Shown here: positions 36,112 to 47,544 of the stretch, piece after piece
Layout: each line of letters opens with the position of its first letter
How positions within the stretch are numbered: position 1 is the first letter of the stretch
Notes under the pieces: model-generated
Database searches by the model: none
The model's input: only the letters and a program-made list of their open reading frames with translations
What the model was told of the DNA's origin: nothing
Assembly: GCF_988242995.1 (NCBI RefSeq)
Contig: NZ_OZ547043.1
Reading direction: 5' to 3' (one strand)
Length of the DNA stretch: 64,000 bases
Program-made: the position numbers and the translations under genes

Positions 36112-36642
36112 TTAATCTAATTTTTTTAGGTATGTCGCTGGAGTGCCGCCTACTAATTCCTTTTCACCGACATCTTTTAGAACTACAGAATTTGCTGCAA
36201 CTATAGCTCCATTGTTAATAACAATAGGTCCCAAAATAACAGATCCAGTGGCCAATATAACATCGTTGCCAATAACAGGACGAAGTTCCTTGTTATATTT
36301 CATATCAAGTGTTTTTGCACCAATAGTGACATTTTGATATATAGTGCAGTTTTCACCTATACGCGCCGCACCGATAACTATGCCAAAGGTATGTGGTATG
36401 AAAAGTCCACCTTTAATCTCACATTCAGTTGCGATCTCAATGTTAAAAATGAGGACGTTTAAAAGTGAACAACATTTTGATATTCTTCTGAATCCTTTTT
36501 CTTTTAAAGAATAGGATGTCCTATATATTACATTGGGAATCAAACGAGGGCTAAAAATTCTAAAATAGTCTTTAAATTTAAAAGCAGATTCATTCCCAAT
36601 CAATTCTTTATATCTTTGAATATCTTGTTGTATATTTTTCAT
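36112..36642 (-). CDS. hexapeptide-repeat O-acetyltransferase
   Basis: 176 aa with left-handed beta-helix hexapeptide repeats; AT-rich. Confidence 0.65.
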   Translation of the reverse strand: MKNIQQDIQRYKELIGNESAFKFKDYFRIFSPRLIPNVIYRTSYSLKEKGFRRISKCCSLLNVLIFNIEIATECEIKGGLFIPHTFGIVIGAARIGENCTIYQNVTIGAKTLDMKYNKELRPVIGNDVILATGSVILGPIVINNGAIVAANSVVLKDVGEKELVGGTPATYLKKLD

Positions 36643-37699
36643 TTTTTATTCCTGCGTATCCTGCTAAAAACACCAGATATAGCCAAAACATAGGGAAAAG
36701 GAAGGTTAGTTTAAGGCAGGGGAGCAGGCATAATAACATCAATCTAAGTGAGAATCGTGAATATTTTAGGAACAATACCAGCCATGATACACTAAGGATA
36801 CTGCCTAACCAAAAGCCAAAAACGATGAAATTACTTCCGAATAACGTCATATCAAAAAGAGACTGAAAATAGTCTGGTGCATTGTCATAATACCCAACCA
36901 TACCGTGGCCAATATTAAAAACAAGAGGGCTATCAAAGAATGATTTCATCAACTCAAGTTTATATGATGTGCTACCATCACTACCAGATGAAATATAAGA
37001 CATACGCCACATAATGTTTTGATATATTATCGGAGAAACCAGTACTAACGATATTAACCCGGTTGCGATCCACTTTAGTGTCAATCTACAGGTAAGAATA
37101 AAAAATAACATAACGCAGATAACAGAGAAAGTCGAACCGGATAACACCATACACATTAATGCTATATAACTTAGTAATGAGTTATTATTAGCTACAATAT
37201 ACCTCATCACTAATAATGTGACCATATGTATAGAGAAAATACTCGGTTCGGCAAATACTCCTGTTGCTCTGTAATCGAAACCGTCATAACTGCTACGGTG
37301 TGGAGGACCTAACAAGAACTTCCCATAATCGATATCCACATTAATGATTTTGAAAGCTAAATACTGCAACAGGAAAGTAAAAATGTGAAACTTGATGCAA
37401 AAATCGATCACCTTAAGCCAGTCACAGCTTTTAATTCTTTTTACACAATAGCTATAGATTGATGGTACTGTCAATGCATAAAAGCAGCATACCAAAGTAA
37501 AAATAAATATTTTATCCACTACGCCAAAGAATACATGAAAAATAAGCGATGTGAACGATACCAGAATAAATATCAACCCTTGCGATGAAACCTTACATTT
37601 ACCCTGTATAAACACCAGAAAAAAAACGCAAAACTGAATAATAAAAAAAACCGGACTAAAAATGAAAAGAGTACCAAAAAGAAAATATATATTAGCCAT
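36608..37699 (-). CDS. wzy: O-antigen polymerase Wzy (putative)
   Basis: 363-aa polytopic membrane protein inside the O-antigen cluster; very AT-rich. Confidence 0.6.
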   Translation of the reverse strand: MANIYFLFGTLFIFSPVFFIIQFCVFFLVFIQGKCKVSSQGLIFILVSFTSLIFHVFFGVVDKIFIFTLVCCFYALTVPSIYSYCVKRIKSCDWLKVIDFCIKFHIFTFLLQYLAFKIINVDIDYGKFLLGPPHRSSYDGFDYRATGVFAEPSIFSIHMVTLLVMRYIVANNNSLLSYIALMCMVLSGSTFSVICVMLFFILTCRLTLKWIATGLISLVLVSPIIYQNIMWRMSYISSGSDGSTSYKLELMKSFFDSPLVFNIGHGMVGYYDNAPDYFQSLFDMTLFGSNFIVFGFWLGSILSVSWLVLFLKYSRFSLRLMLLCLLPCLKLTFLFPMFWLYLVFLAGYAGIKNEKYTTRYSKI

Positions 37700-38669
37700 T
37701 TCTTTCCCTTTTTGAATAACCCTCTATATAATACATAGCCAAGACTAACTTGTAAAATATTGCTCTGATTTTAAATTTATTCCTATTGTCTAACTTATTA
37801 AGAACAACCCTTACAAATTTATTAAGTTTAATACTATTAGCGCAAGACAAAGCTACTCTAAGCACAGTTGACTTCATACTACCTTTCCGCTCAGCCTGGG
37901 GAAATAGCAATTTATCTACAATTTCAGGATGTTTCTTAACCAAAAGCGGTACTGAGTACCTTGCATAAGGAATCATTCTTTCACATGCCCTATCGAGGGT
38001 AGGGGTGTCGTTATCGTAGAGTAAAGCATCGCTACAAAAGAAAAACGGAACAGAGCTTAAACGAAGCCGCGCCCCAAATTCTTCATCCTCACAACCATAA
38101 TGCCGGAATGATTCATCGAACCCTTTCTGTGCTTCAAACTCGGATTTGCTAATCAGGAAAGCATCGCTTGCAAAGTAGCGATACTCAATTTTAACAGTTC
38201 CTTTATATCTATTCCCCAAATATCGGGAGTCAAAGTAGTGTAGGTAATTGCTGTCGCGGGTTAAATCTTGCCGACATCTGACATTAGCCCTTGCTACAAA
38301 AGGCTTCTCGCAGGACAAAATCATTGAATGCAGGCTATCAAGACAACCTTGCTGGAGCAAATTGTCTATGTCGACAAAAAATAACCATTCATTGCTTGCT
38401 GATTTCGCAGCTCTATTTCGAGAAAAGGCGCGACCTTCATTTATTTCATTACGTAAGAACACTAACCGCCATTCGCGCTCATTAAATTTTTCAGAAAAGG
38501 CAATAGTTGTGTCTTCCAAATTCACCTCAGAACCGTCATCGATGATGATAAGTTCAATATTCTTTAGTATATTCTTTTGTCCATGAGTATTAGCGAGCAG
38601 AGCTGAGATGAAAGTTTCTACTTTTGATGAGCTACCGAGAACAGGGCTAATAATGCTAATCATTTGCAC
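37692..38669 (-). CDS. family 2 glycosyltransferase
   Basis: IIDDGS and VDIDN DxD-type motifs. Confidence 0.7.
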   Translation of the reverse strand: MQMISIISPVLGSSSKVETFISALLANTHGQKNILKNIELIIIDDGSEVNLEDTTIAFSEKFNEREWRLVFLRNEINEGRAFSRNRAAKSASNEWLFFVDIDNLLQQGCLDSLHSMILSCEKPFVARANVRCRQDLTRDSNYLHYFDSRYLGNRYKGTVKIEYRYFASDAFLISKSEFEAQKGFDESFRHYGCEDEEFGARLRLSSVPFFFCSDALLYDNDTPTLDRACERMIPYARYSVPLLVKKHPEIVDKLLFPQAERKGSMKSTVLRVALSCANSIKLNKFVRVVLNKLDNRNKFKIRAIFYKLVLAMYYIEGYSKRERNG

Positions 38670-39918
38670 GTTCCATTAAATATTTTTTAGTTACAGTTAA
38701 ATACCAATAGATTGAAACTAATATTGAAAAGAAAAGAGAAATATATAATGCAATAAAGATGCTTGGTATCGGCGCAGTAATAGCAGAGACTTTCAATGCG
38801 CTATAGATGCTCAGACATAATAAAAATACAAGACACCATTTAATGGTGTAATAGTAGTAACTCTTTGATGCAAGGTTAGCTGCGTTGATCAAATTATCGA
38901 CAGCAAAAAATGGCAACAAAAAGACCAGAATATTATAATAATTTGCCGATGTGACATAGTCATGGCCGAAAACAAATGTAAAGATATATGGTGTAAATGG
39001 CTTTAACGAAAATGAGAATAACGAAAAAGCAGTAAACATTATTATGGATAAGACAATAAGATTTCTGTTGAAAATTTTCCACTTCTTGTTTTTGTATAAA
39101 AGGATGGGGGCCAAAACCTGTATCAATATTAAGGTTACTGAAGCTGTATTCTCATTAATCTGTGATGCAGCACTATATATACCATAATCAACTGGTGAAA
39201 TGTTACCTTTCAGTAAGAATCTGTCAATTTTCATAAATAATGCATAGGCTACAACCCCTCCCCAGATGAAAAAACTGCGTTTTAACAGGAAGCCTATATC
39301 ATTTAGTCTAACAAGACTTATTCTGGGGAACTTACAAATTGAACAACAGTACATGACTATCGCAACAAAAATGCCCTCCAGTACCCATGGCAATGCAAGG
39401 AACTTGATATCGAAATTTATCACTATAAATAAGTAATATAGTGTTAGTATCCTGATAATGCAGCCAAAGATCTGGATGATACCTGAGAGGTATAATTTCC
39501 CTTCAGATTGCCATTTTGCAAAGCCTACCATCAATGGCTCTCGTGCCAAGAGAGTAACGGACGAAAATAGCAAGTAATACCTTACAATCTCACTTTCAGC
39601 TGTAATTGCGAGGATTACACTGACAGTAGCGACTAATGATGATACAGATAATCTTGCAAAAAAAATTGTATTACAATAAATCAATTTCTTGCGTAATGAA
39701 TAGCGCGATAACTGAGGGACAACTGATTCTGACCCGCACATCCAAGTTAGTGACATTAAAATATTTGAAAAAGTAAATGCATATTGCCAAATGCCAAACT
39801 GCTCAATTGGAAGCGCTTTTGAGATAAGATGGTTAGCATAAATAGCACTAATAATCTGTACAAATCGCTCAAACAACAGGACAAGCAATCCCGCAATAAT
39901 TGATTTATTCACGAACAC
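38656..39918 (-). CDS. wzx: O-antigen flippase Wzx (putative)
   Basis: 420-aa protein with about 12 hydrophobic segments. Confidence 0.65.
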   Translation of the reverse strand: MFVNKSIIAGLLVLLFERFVQIISAIYANHLISKALPIEQFGIWQYAFTFSNILMSLTWMCGSESVVPQLSRYSLRKKLIYCNTIFFARLSVSSLVATVSVILAITAESEIVRYYLLFSSVTLLAREPLMVGFAKWQSEGKLYLSGIIQIFGCIIRILTLYYLFIVINFDIKFLALPWVLEGIFVAIVMYCCSICKFPRISLVRLNDIGFLLKRSFFIWGGVVAYALFMKIDRFLLKGNISPVDYGIYSAASQINENTASVTLILIQVLAPILLYKNKKWKIFNRNLIVLSIIMFTAFSLFSFSLKPFTPYIFTFVFGHDYVTSANYYNILVFLLPFFAVDNLINAANLASKSYYYYTIKWCLVFLLCLSIYSALKVSAITAPIPSIFIALYISLFFSILVSIYWYLTVTKKYLMERAND

Positions 39919-40903
39919 CTTCCGGTGAGATTATTTTTTTCACCCATTGCTGTAAAGAATATTGTTCTCTATTTTTGTAATTAACATTCGGTGCGTTAAT
40001 AAAATTCTCAGGTACTATGACCTGATGTCTTTTTACTACGCAGATCATATTAGGGTCATAAAAATCGTACTTTTTTATGTCTTCATTCGTGGTAATAATT
40101 TTTTTATTTAACCCGATGCATTCTATTGTTCGCATTGTCAGACCGCGCTGCCTTGGATGATGAATATCGATGATAATTTCAGAGCACTTCATCATTTCAA
40201 CAACTTCAGATTGTGATAATGGTTCAAATTCTACGTCTGTATTTATTTTTTTTCCGCTTAATAAATTCTTCAGTTTAAAAATAATTTCATTCTGAAAATA
40301 AAAGAATGTATAAGCATTAATGTCTTTAATATTTCTTACTTCAGCAGTAATGCAATTGACCAAATCAACGCGATCTGAATGAGCTGTACCGATAAAACAA
40401 AGATCGTATTTTAGCGAATGCTCATGCTTATTGTCAAAACGCGGCGAATAAAACAGCGGAAGAAATGTTACTCCCCATTTTTCAGCATCATCACGTTCAA
40501 AGGTGAAAACCGAATCAAACTGATTTATTATTCTTTTAACTTTGGGTTTGTTATTGACCGAATCCCACAAATACATAATGAATTTACAGTGTTCATTTTT
40601 TACTTTAACGGTTTTTTTTATGGCCTGTAAAATTTCATGATCAATTGCTTCAGGATTTAAAATAAATACATTATCGATTTTTTTGTTGACAATTTGCCGT
40701 AGTAATTTTTTATAATAACTTGAGTTATACTTTTTAATCAAAATACTACAACCTAACCTTAGCAATGATTTATAAATAGCATTATTGCTCGGCCGCTCAT
40801 CCCAATAGATAACGTCATTAGTTAATTCTAATTCTTTGACTATTTCTTTTTCATAATTAAAAAACTTGGGAGAAATAAACAATACTGTATTTTTGTACCC
40901 CAT
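39905..40903 (-). CDS. putative glycosyltransferase, family unassigned
   Basis: 332-aa soluble protein in the O-antigen operon; no motif recognised by eye. Confidence 0.35.
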   Translation of the reverse strand: MGYKNTVLFISPKFFNYEKEIVKELELTNDVIYWDERPSNNAIYKSLLRLGCSILIKKYNSSYYKKLLRQIVNKKIDNVFILNPEAIDHEILQAIKKTVKVKNEHCKFIMYLWDSVNNKPKVKRIINQFDSVFTFERDDAEKWGVTFLPLFYSPRFDNKHEHSLKYDLCFIGTAHSDRVDLVNCITAEVRNIKDINAYTFFYFQNEIIFKLKNLLSGKKINTDVEFEPLSQSEVVEMMKCSEIIIDIHHPRQRGLTMRTIECIGLNKKIITTNEDIKKYDFYDPNMICVVKRHQVIVPENFINAPNVNYKNREQYSLQQWVKKIISPEGVRE

Positions 40904-40904
40904 T

Positions 40905-41720
40905 TTATCTTCCCTGAGATTTTTTGAATTCTTTTATCATATCCACTAAATCATTCAATACATTTTTATAATGATGTGGGACTATTGAGTTAGTTTTTTG
41001 CATCGTGATAACAGGAAATGTTTCGCATGTATCATTCTTGTGCCACTGTATATTACAACCTGTTTCAGATATTAAAATGTCAGCGATGGATTTTGCTGAA
41101 ACATTATATCCAGATGCAATGTTATAAATATCTCCGGGTGAAGTTATAGATTCTGCTAGCTTATACATGACGGCAACCACATCATCTACCGATACATAAT
41201 CCTTCTCGTAGTCAGAGCTAACATACATATCGACATGATTGTTATTGATTGCATTTTTTATTATTTGCGGAAGGAATAACGGGCTATTTAGTGCGAGTCC
41301 ATAAACATTTGATGGTCGGACGACCACAACGTTCTTTTTACTTCTTAGACATAACTCTTCAGCAACCAATTTTGTCAAATTGAAAAGCTTGCGACCATCA
41401 TTGTGACAAATTTTTAGATCTGAATTTTCTGCAGAATCTCTGGAGTTCAAATATACACGAGTGGAAGAAATGTAGACTAATTTCTGGAAATTAGCTTGTG
41501 TAAGTATTACTTTTAGCTTATTGACATTTGCATCCACAACATTATAGGCATCACTTTTGCAATCGCCATAGCCTGCGCAATAAAAGACGGTACCAAGGTC
41601 AATTTCTTTGTTATAAAGATAGTCTCTGTCAGGGCAGAAACATTCTTTATTCATTGATTCTAAAAATGTTACCATATGTGAACCAATGAAACCTGAACTA
41701 CCAACGACTGTATACTTCAT
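40905..41720 (-). CDS. NAD(P)-dependent extended-SDR epimerase/reductase-like protein
   Basis: N-terminal GSSGFIGS Rossmann motif; 271 aa; occupies the position of a dTDP-sugar 4-reductase. Confidence 0.55.
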   Translation of the reverse strand: MKYTVVGSSGFIGSHMVTFLESMNKECFCPDRDYLYNKEIDLGTVFYCAGYGDCKSDAYNVVDANVNKLKVILTQANFQKLVYISSTRVYLNSRDSAENSDLKICHNDGRKLFNLTKLVAEELCLRSKKNVVVVRPSNVYGLALNSPLFLPQIIKNAINNNHVDMYVSSDYEKDYVSVDDVVAVMYKLAESITSPGDIYNIASGYNVSAKSIADILISETGCNIQWHKNDTCETFPVITMQKTNSIVPHHYKNVLNDLVDMIKEFKKSQGR

Positions 41721-41782
41721 AATACTATAGCCTTTTGCTCTATGTATTAATAATGACAGGAAGCTAATTTAAACTGTTATGC

Positions 41783-42325
41783 TTATAAGCTAGCTTCTTT
41801 AAATTCTGAAAAACTAATTAACGCGTTGTCTTTAGATGACATAATTGGCATGTCTATCGGCCATTGTATATTCAGTTCTTTGTCATTCCAGATTATCCCC
41901 CCTTCATCGGTAGGATCATAGAAGTCTGTGCATTTGTAATGGAAATCCGCATACTCACTTAATACACAAAAACCATGTGCAAATCCAGGTGGGATATAGA
42001 TTTGATTATTTTTATCCCCAGAAAGTATAACACCTACATGCTTTCCAAAAGACGAAGATCCAGGTCTTAAATCAACAGCCACATCAAAAACTTCTCCACT
42101 GATGACACTTACTAATTTACCTTGAGGATTATTTTTTTGAAAATGTAAACCTCGAAGCACATTTCTTGCTGAGCGTGATCGATTATCTTGTACAAATGCC
42201 TCAGTTATTCCTATGTCGTGATATTTCTTCTGATGCCATGCTTCCAAAAAGAAACCACGAGAGTCACCAAAGACTTTTGGCTCAATGATTACACAACCAG
42301 CAAGTGGAGTCTCAATTACCTTCAT
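41783..42325 (-). CDS. rmlC: dTDP-4-dehydrorhamnose 3,5-epimerase family protein (RmlC-like)
   Basis: 180 aa, EPKVFGDSRGFF...VQDN...RGLHFQ motifs typical of RmlC cupins. Confidence 0.8.
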   Translation of the reverse strand: MKVIETPLAGCVIIEPKVFGDSRGFFLEAWHQKKYHDIGITEAFVQDNRSRSARNVLRGLHFQKNNPQGKLVSVISGEVFDVAVDLRPGSSSFGKHVGVILSGDKNNQIYIPPGFAHGFCVLSEYADFHYKCTDFYDPTDEGGIIWNDKELNIQWPIDMPIMSSKDNALISFSEFKEASL

Positions 42326-42396
42326 AATTATAAACCTTGTATTATATTTTTTAAATTTGCTAATTTTTGATACAATTTAGCTACCTTTATCAGTTA

Positions 42397-43479
42397 CTAA
42401 CGCATCTTGTAGTTCTGCTCAATCCAGGTTTGGTACGCCCCACTTTTGATATTTTCAACCCATGAGGTGTTTGCCAGATACCATTCAACCGTTTTGCGAA
42501 TCCCACTTTCGAACGTCTCTTGCGGTTTCCAACCGAGCTCACGGCTGATTTTATCCGCATCGATCGCGTATCGACGGTCATGGCCTGGACGATCGGCAAC
42601 ATAGGTGATTTGTTCACGGTATGACACTGCTTTAGGTACGATCTCATCCAGCAGGTCGCAGATGGTATGTACAACATCGAGATTTTTCTTCTCGTTATGG
42701 CCACCGATGTTGTAGGTCTCACCAGGGATTCCTTTCGTCACCACGGTATATAACGCACGGGCATGGTCTTCAACATAGAGCCAGTCGCGAATCTGATCGC
42801 CTTTACCATAAATGGGTAACGATTTCCCTTCGAGAGCATTGAGAATAACCAAGGGAATCAACTTTTCAGGGAAATGGTATGGGCCATAGTTATTCGAACA
42901 GTTGGTCACCATTGTTGGAAGACCGTATGTACGCAGCCAGGCACGAACGAGATGGTCGCTGGAGGCTTTTGAAGCCGAATAAGGACTACTCGGCGCATAG
43001 GCGGTTTGTTCCGTGAAGAGAGGAAGAATACTCCCCTGCGCAACCTCATCCGGATGCGGTAAATCCCCATAAACTTCATCAGTAGAGATGTGATGGAAGC
43101 GGAATGTCGCCTTTCGCGCACTATCCAGTGAGGACCAGTATTGACGGGCTGTTTCTAAAAGAACATAAGTACCCACAATATTCGTTTCAATAAATGCAGC
43201 AGGGCCTGTAATTGAACGGTCAACATGGCTTTCAGCAGCCAGGTGCATCACTGCATCCGGCTGATGCTGAGAAAAAATTCGCGCCATTGCAGCAGCATCG
43301 CAAATATCCGCATGTTCAAAAACATAGCGTTCAGAATCAGAAACATCAGCAAGTGATTCCAGGTTTCCGGCGTACGTTAATTTATCGACATTAACAACAC
43401 TATCCTGCGTATTATTTATAATGTGACGAACTACAGCAGAACCAATAAATCCTGCGCCACCAGTAACAAGTATCTTCAC
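42397..43479 (-). CDS. rmlB: dTDP-glucose 4,6-dehydratase
   Basis: 360 aa, [20 protein letters not shown]; YxxxK motif present. Confidence 0.9.
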   Translation of the reverse strand: MKILVTGGAGFIGSAVVRHIINNTQDSVVNVDKLTYAGNLESLADVSDSERYVFEHADICDAAAMARIFSQHQPDAVMHLAAESHVDRSITGPAAFIETNIVGTYVLLETARQYWSSLDSARKATFRFHHISTDEVYGDLPHPDEVAQGSILPLFTEQTAYAPSSPYSASKASSDHLVRAWLRTYGLPTMVTNCSNNYGPYHFPEKLIPLVILNALEGKSLPIYGKGDQIRDWLYVEDHARALYTVVTKGIPGETYNIGGHNEKKNLDVVHTICDLLDEIVPKAVSYREQITYVADRPGHDRRYAIDADKISRELGWKPQETFESGIRKTVEWYLANTSWVENIKSGAYQTWIEQNYKMR

Positions 43480-43553
43480 TTATTTATTCCATATAACTTC
43501 AGAGCATGCTGTGAAATAAGCGGCTCTTAGGTTGATTAATAGAGGTGTTAATG

Positions 43554-43592
43554 CACGCTACCGCCCCTGGCTTTACAGCTACCAGAGCACTA
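43554..43592 (-). promoter_or_regulatory. JUMPstart element containing the ops site (GGCGGTAGCGTG)
   Basis: Reverse complement of the plus strand gives CAGTGCTCTGGTAGCTGTAAAGCCAGGGGCGGTAGCGTG; ops at 43554..43565. Confidence 0.85.
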
Positions 43593-43850
43593 CATGCATG
43601 TCTACGATGTGACGAGCGTTACCCACTCGCGCTAAACCCGAAAAATTCAAACGCTAATTGTCTTACCAATCCGCTCTGGAAACAAGGAAAATCCTGGAAA
43701 ACTTTGACTAAAATCCTATTGCTAACTCGTTGTTATTCTGATTGTTTATATAAAACAACGGCAGGAATATTCGCAACAAATTACTTTCGCCACGAATCTT
43801 CACTGTCGTTATAATTTTCTTATCAACCGTTACATCCGGTCAGATTTTCA

Positions 43851-44744
43851 TTATTCGCTTAACAGCTTCTCAATCCCTTTACGGAACTTCGCCCCTTCTT
43901 TGAGGTTGCGTAGTCCATACTTCACAAATGCCTGCATATAACCCATTTTTTTACCGCAGTCGTAACTGTCCCCAGTCATCAGCATGGCATCAACGGACTG
44001 TTTTTTCGCCAGCTCGGCAATAGCATCAGTCAGCTGAATACGTCCCCATGCACCAGGCTGAGTACGTTCCAGTTCCGGCCAAATATCGGCAGAAAGCACA
44101 TAGCGACCAACGGCCATGATGTCTGAGTCCAGCGTCTGCGGCTGATCCGGTTTTTCGATAAATTCGACGATGCGGCTGACTTTACCTTCACGATCCAGTG
44201 GTTCTTTGGTCTGAATGACGGAGTATTCAGAGAGGTCACCCGGCATACGTTTTGCCAGCACCTGGCTGCGGCCCGTTTCATTGAAGCGCGCAATCATGGC
44301 AGCAAGGTTGTAGCGCAGCGGGTCGGCACTGGCGTCGTCGATCACAACGTCCGGCAATACCACAACAAATGGGTTGTCACCAATGGCGGGTCGTGCACAC
44401 AAAATGGAGTGGCCTAAACCTAAAGGTTCGCCCTGACGCACGTTCATAATGGTCACGCCCGGCGGACAGATGGACTGTACTTCCGCCAGCAGCTGACGCT
44501 TCACGCGCAGTTCAAGGAGAGATTCTAATTCATAAGAGGTGTCGAAGTGGTTTTCGACCGCGTTTTTGGACGCGTGAGTTACCAGGAGGATTTCTTTGAT
44601 CCCTGCAGCCACAATCTCGTCAACAATGTACTGAATCATTGGCTTGTCGACGATCGGTAGCATCTCTTTGGGAATCGCCTTAGTAGCAGGCAACATATGC
44701 ATCCCTAGACCCGCTACAGGAATAACTGCTTTTAAATTCGTCAT
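43851..44744 (-). CDS. galF: UTP-glucose-1-phosphate uridylyltransferase-like GalF
   Basis: 297 aa from [22 protein letters not shown]. Confidence 0.9.
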   Translation of the reverse strand: MTNLKAVIPVAGLGMHMLPATKAIPKEMLPIVDKPMIQYIVDEIVAAGIKEILLVTHASKNAVENHFDTSYELESLLELRVKRQLLAEVQSICPPGVTIMNVRQGEPLGLGHSILCARPAIGDNPFVVVLPDVVIDDASADPLRYNLAAMIARFNETGRSQVLAKRMPGDLSEYSVIQTKEPLDREGKVSRIVEFIEKPDQPQTLDSDIMAVGRYVLSADIWPELERTQPGAWGRIQLTDAIAELAKKQSVDAMLMTGDSYDCGKKMGYMQAFVKYGLRNLKEGAKFRKGIEKLLSE

Positions 44745-44918
44745 TATTTCATCCACCTGTAAAATGGTTGCTGAATTATAGCTTGTTCGATTTTTTTCGC
44801 CAGCATCAATTACCCTGAATTGATTACTGAATTACTTGTGATGTTACGCCGCTTCGTTGTGGATTGCAGTAGCATTGTTCCTAAGTATGGCTCCATTTTT
44901 CCAGGAATGGTCGCAAAT

Positions 44919-46313
44919 CTACTCCCTCCGTTCCGGCAATCTAAAGTTAATCTTTTCCACATTAACAATATGGTGATTTATCCTGTCGATATCGACGGAG
45001 CTTTGCCCTCTTTCATTCACCGCATGAACATTTGCAAGAGATAGCAGTGTTTCTTTTTTCGCCATAAAGACGCCGCGAACGTCTTTGCGCATGTCAAAGT
45101 TCATGCTCAATGCTGGTCCAACAGAGGATTTCTGCATCACCTTGATATTACGCATAAAAAGGTGTTGCGGTTTATTGTGTAGCTCAAGCGAGGCACGCTT
45201 CATCTCAATGTTAGTCAGTGCCACAAAGGAGACAGCATTCCCGGCGGAGATTTGGATGCCGCGCAATTTATAAGCAAGGTGAGTGTTATCCAGTTGAATA
45301 TTATTCACTCGGAAATTTTGCGGTATCGAGAGATATTTGCCTTTAATTACCCCATAGCCAATTAACATCCCGGCGCTATTAATCATTTCAATATTATCAA
45401 TCACGAATTTGTCACAACCGTAAATAGCGACTGTGGCGTTATCAATGCCTGCTTTCTTACTGAAATCCGGCGTGATATTGCGGGCTTTGATATTACGAAT
45501 AACAAAATGTTTACCATTTTCAACATGTATCAACTGCCGACAATCCGATCCCGTGATATTCGCCACGACAAAGTTTTTCACTGCCTGATCTTCCGGGTAA
45601 TTATTATCGTAAGTGCTTCCCGCAAGGCCTATGCCAATGCCCCAGTTGATTTTGCCGTTAGTACAGTTGATGCGCTCGATGACATGGTCGGAGATCAAAA
45701 TATCACTGTCGTTAATTGCCACGTTCCATTCAATGGCGTCGCCCTGTAAGTCGCTGAACTTACAGTTGGTGATGTTGGCACCGATTATCTGGTTATGAAA
45801 TCCCTGGCGTAAGATGGCGTAATTAGCGTGGCTAACGGTCAGGTTATCGATGGTCAGGTTGCGCATGACCCGTTTGTTTTTGCCGCCGATATAAATCTGC
45901 GTTACCGGACCAAAGCCGCTCATCGCCAGCCCTTTGATGGTGCAGTCAGAGCCGCGCACATCCAGGGTGATGTTATGCATACTGCCGCCCTCCTCCCCTG
46001 TCACCTGGCTGCCGTCCTGTAAGATAAATCGCCCTCTGCCGTTGCCGCGCAGGCTTCCAAGGATGTGTAACGTTTTACCTGCAGGAATGAAGATGCCGGT
46101 GTTGATATTGTCGCAAACCAATCCGGCAGGCACGACGACCGTTTGCCCTTCGCTGAAGGCTTGTTTAAATGAGGCGATCCAGTCGTGAGGGTTGTAGTCG
46201 TTAATGTTAACGCTTTGTCGGGCGGGAAGTGCGCGAGCGAAAGGGGTATGGAGGAAGGCAAGGGCCGAGCTTGCCGTCAGGAAGGTGCGTCGGGAGAGTT
46301 TTTTAAATGGCAT
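44919..46313 (-). CDS. wcaM: colanic acid biosynthesis protein WcaM
   Basis: 464 aa, Tat-like signal [20 protein letters not shown]; beta-helix-like. Confidence 0.85.
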   Translation of the reverse strand: MPFKKLSRRTFLTASSALAFLHTPFARALPARQSVNINDYNPHDWIASFKQAFSEGQTVVVPAGLVCDNINTGIFIPAGKTLHILGSLRGNGRGRFILQDGSQVTGEEGGSMHNITLDVRGSDCTIKGLAMSGFGPVTQIYIGGKNKRVMRNLTIDNLTVSHANYAILRQGFHNQIIGANITNCKFSDLQGDAIEWNVAINDSDILISDHVIERINCTNGKINWGIGIGLAGSTYDNNYPEDQAVKNFVVANITGSDCRQLIHVENGKHFVIRNIKARNITPDFSKKAGIDNATVAIYGCDKFVIDNIEMINSAGMLIGYGVIKGKYLSIPQNFRVNNIQLDNTHLAYKLRGIQISAGNAVSFVALTNIEMKRASLELHNKPQHLFMRNIKVMQKSSVGPALSMNFDMRKDVRGVFMAKKETLLSLANVHAVNERGQSSVDIDRINHHIVNVEKINFRLPERRE

Positions 46314-46323
46314 ACGTTCTCCT

Positions 46324-47544
46324 CTATAAAGCCTGCAACAAGCTGGCGAGTTCTCGATTAATCACCTGCTGGTTAAAATCGTGTTCGACTTTTTCGCGAG
46401 CACGTTTGATAACCGGAGCCAGTTCGTTGGTGTCCAGTTGGCTAAATGCCGCCAGGCGTTGCGCCAGTGCGCGAGCATCGTTCTCAGGCACCAGCCAGCC
46501 GGATTTATCGGCCTCAACCAGTTCTGGTATTCCGCTATGCAGAGTTGAAACAACCGGAATGCCGACCGCCATTGCTTCCATTAGCGCCACCGGAATACCT
46601 TCCATATCACCATCCGCACCTGTAACCGATGGCAACAGGAAGACATCCGCGTCGTCGAGCATCGCTTTCACTTCATGGCTCGGTTTAAAGCCCGGCATCT
46701 CCACCACATCTTCCAGTTGATATTGTTCGATGAGGGTACGCAGGCGTCGTTCCCACGGGCCAATGCCGAGGATGCGATAGCGAAATGCCATGCCCTGCTC
46801 TTTCAACTGACGGCAGGCTTCGATCGCCACATGCAGGCCTTTTTTTTCAGTTAAGCGTGCGACGGAGATGATTTCCAGCGGCGTTGCGGGCGCTTTCACC
46901 GGACGCGGGCTAAAGCGCGTCATGTCCACGCCCATACGCGATACGGCGATTTTTTCTCTGGGGCAGCCCATTTTTTGCAGCCTTCCGGCCCACAAATCGC
47001 TTATCGGTAACATCAGGTCGCCACGGCGAAACAGTTGCTGATATTCGGGAGTGTAATGGTTGAGCACTTCCCGACTGGAAATATCAATGCCGTGGAAAAT
47101 AGTGGCAATTTTGCCGCGAATGACACCCAGTTCGCGTAGTTTTGCTGCGGTTACCCCCGCCGGGCCAAAATGAGCGATGAACACATCGGCGCGAAACGGT
47201 GTTGCGACCTGGCCGCAAATGGCAGACAAAATCAGGTTCCGCGACTCGGCACCATAGCGTTTGAGGTTGAGCGCCTGCCAGGTATTTTTACGATGAATGC
47301 CGCGCAAGGTCTGACTGGCGCGGTGGCGCAGCTTCGCCACTTTGCCCGTAGGTTCGTCCTGTAACCATCGGGTTCTGGCGGCAAGGTTGTATTTCGTCCA
47401 TGCCGCGTGGGTGTTTTGTGTGTCGCCTTTTTGCAGCGCGACAATCTCCACCTCAAAGCCCATATCAATAAACGCGGTAATTTGGTTGAGGACGAAGGTT
47501 TCCGACGACAGCGGAAATTTCAGTAAAAAGAAGCCAACCTTCAT
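46324..47544 (-). CDS. wcaL: colanic acid glycosyltransferase WcaL
   Basis: 406 aa GT-B type; synteny. Confidence 0.85.
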   Translation of the reverse strand: MKVGFFLLKFPLSSETFVLNQITAFIDMGFEVEIVALQKGDTQNTHAAWTKYNLAARTRWLQDEPTGKVAKLRHRASQTLRGIHRKNTWQALNLKRYGAESRNLILSAICGQVATPFRADVFIAHFGPAGVTAAKLRELGVIRGKIATIFHGIDISSREVLNHYTPEYQQLFRRGDLMLPISDLWAGRLQKMGCPREKIAVSRMGVDMTRFSPRPVKAPATPLEIISVARLTEKKGLHVAIEACRQLKEQGMAFRYRILGIGPWERRLRTLIEQYQLEDVVEMPGFKPSHEVKAMLDDADVFLLPSVTGADGDMEGIPVALMEAMAVGIPVVSTLHSGIPELVEADKSGWLVPENDARALAQRLAAFSQLDTNELAPVIKRAREKVEHDFNQQVINRELASLLQAL

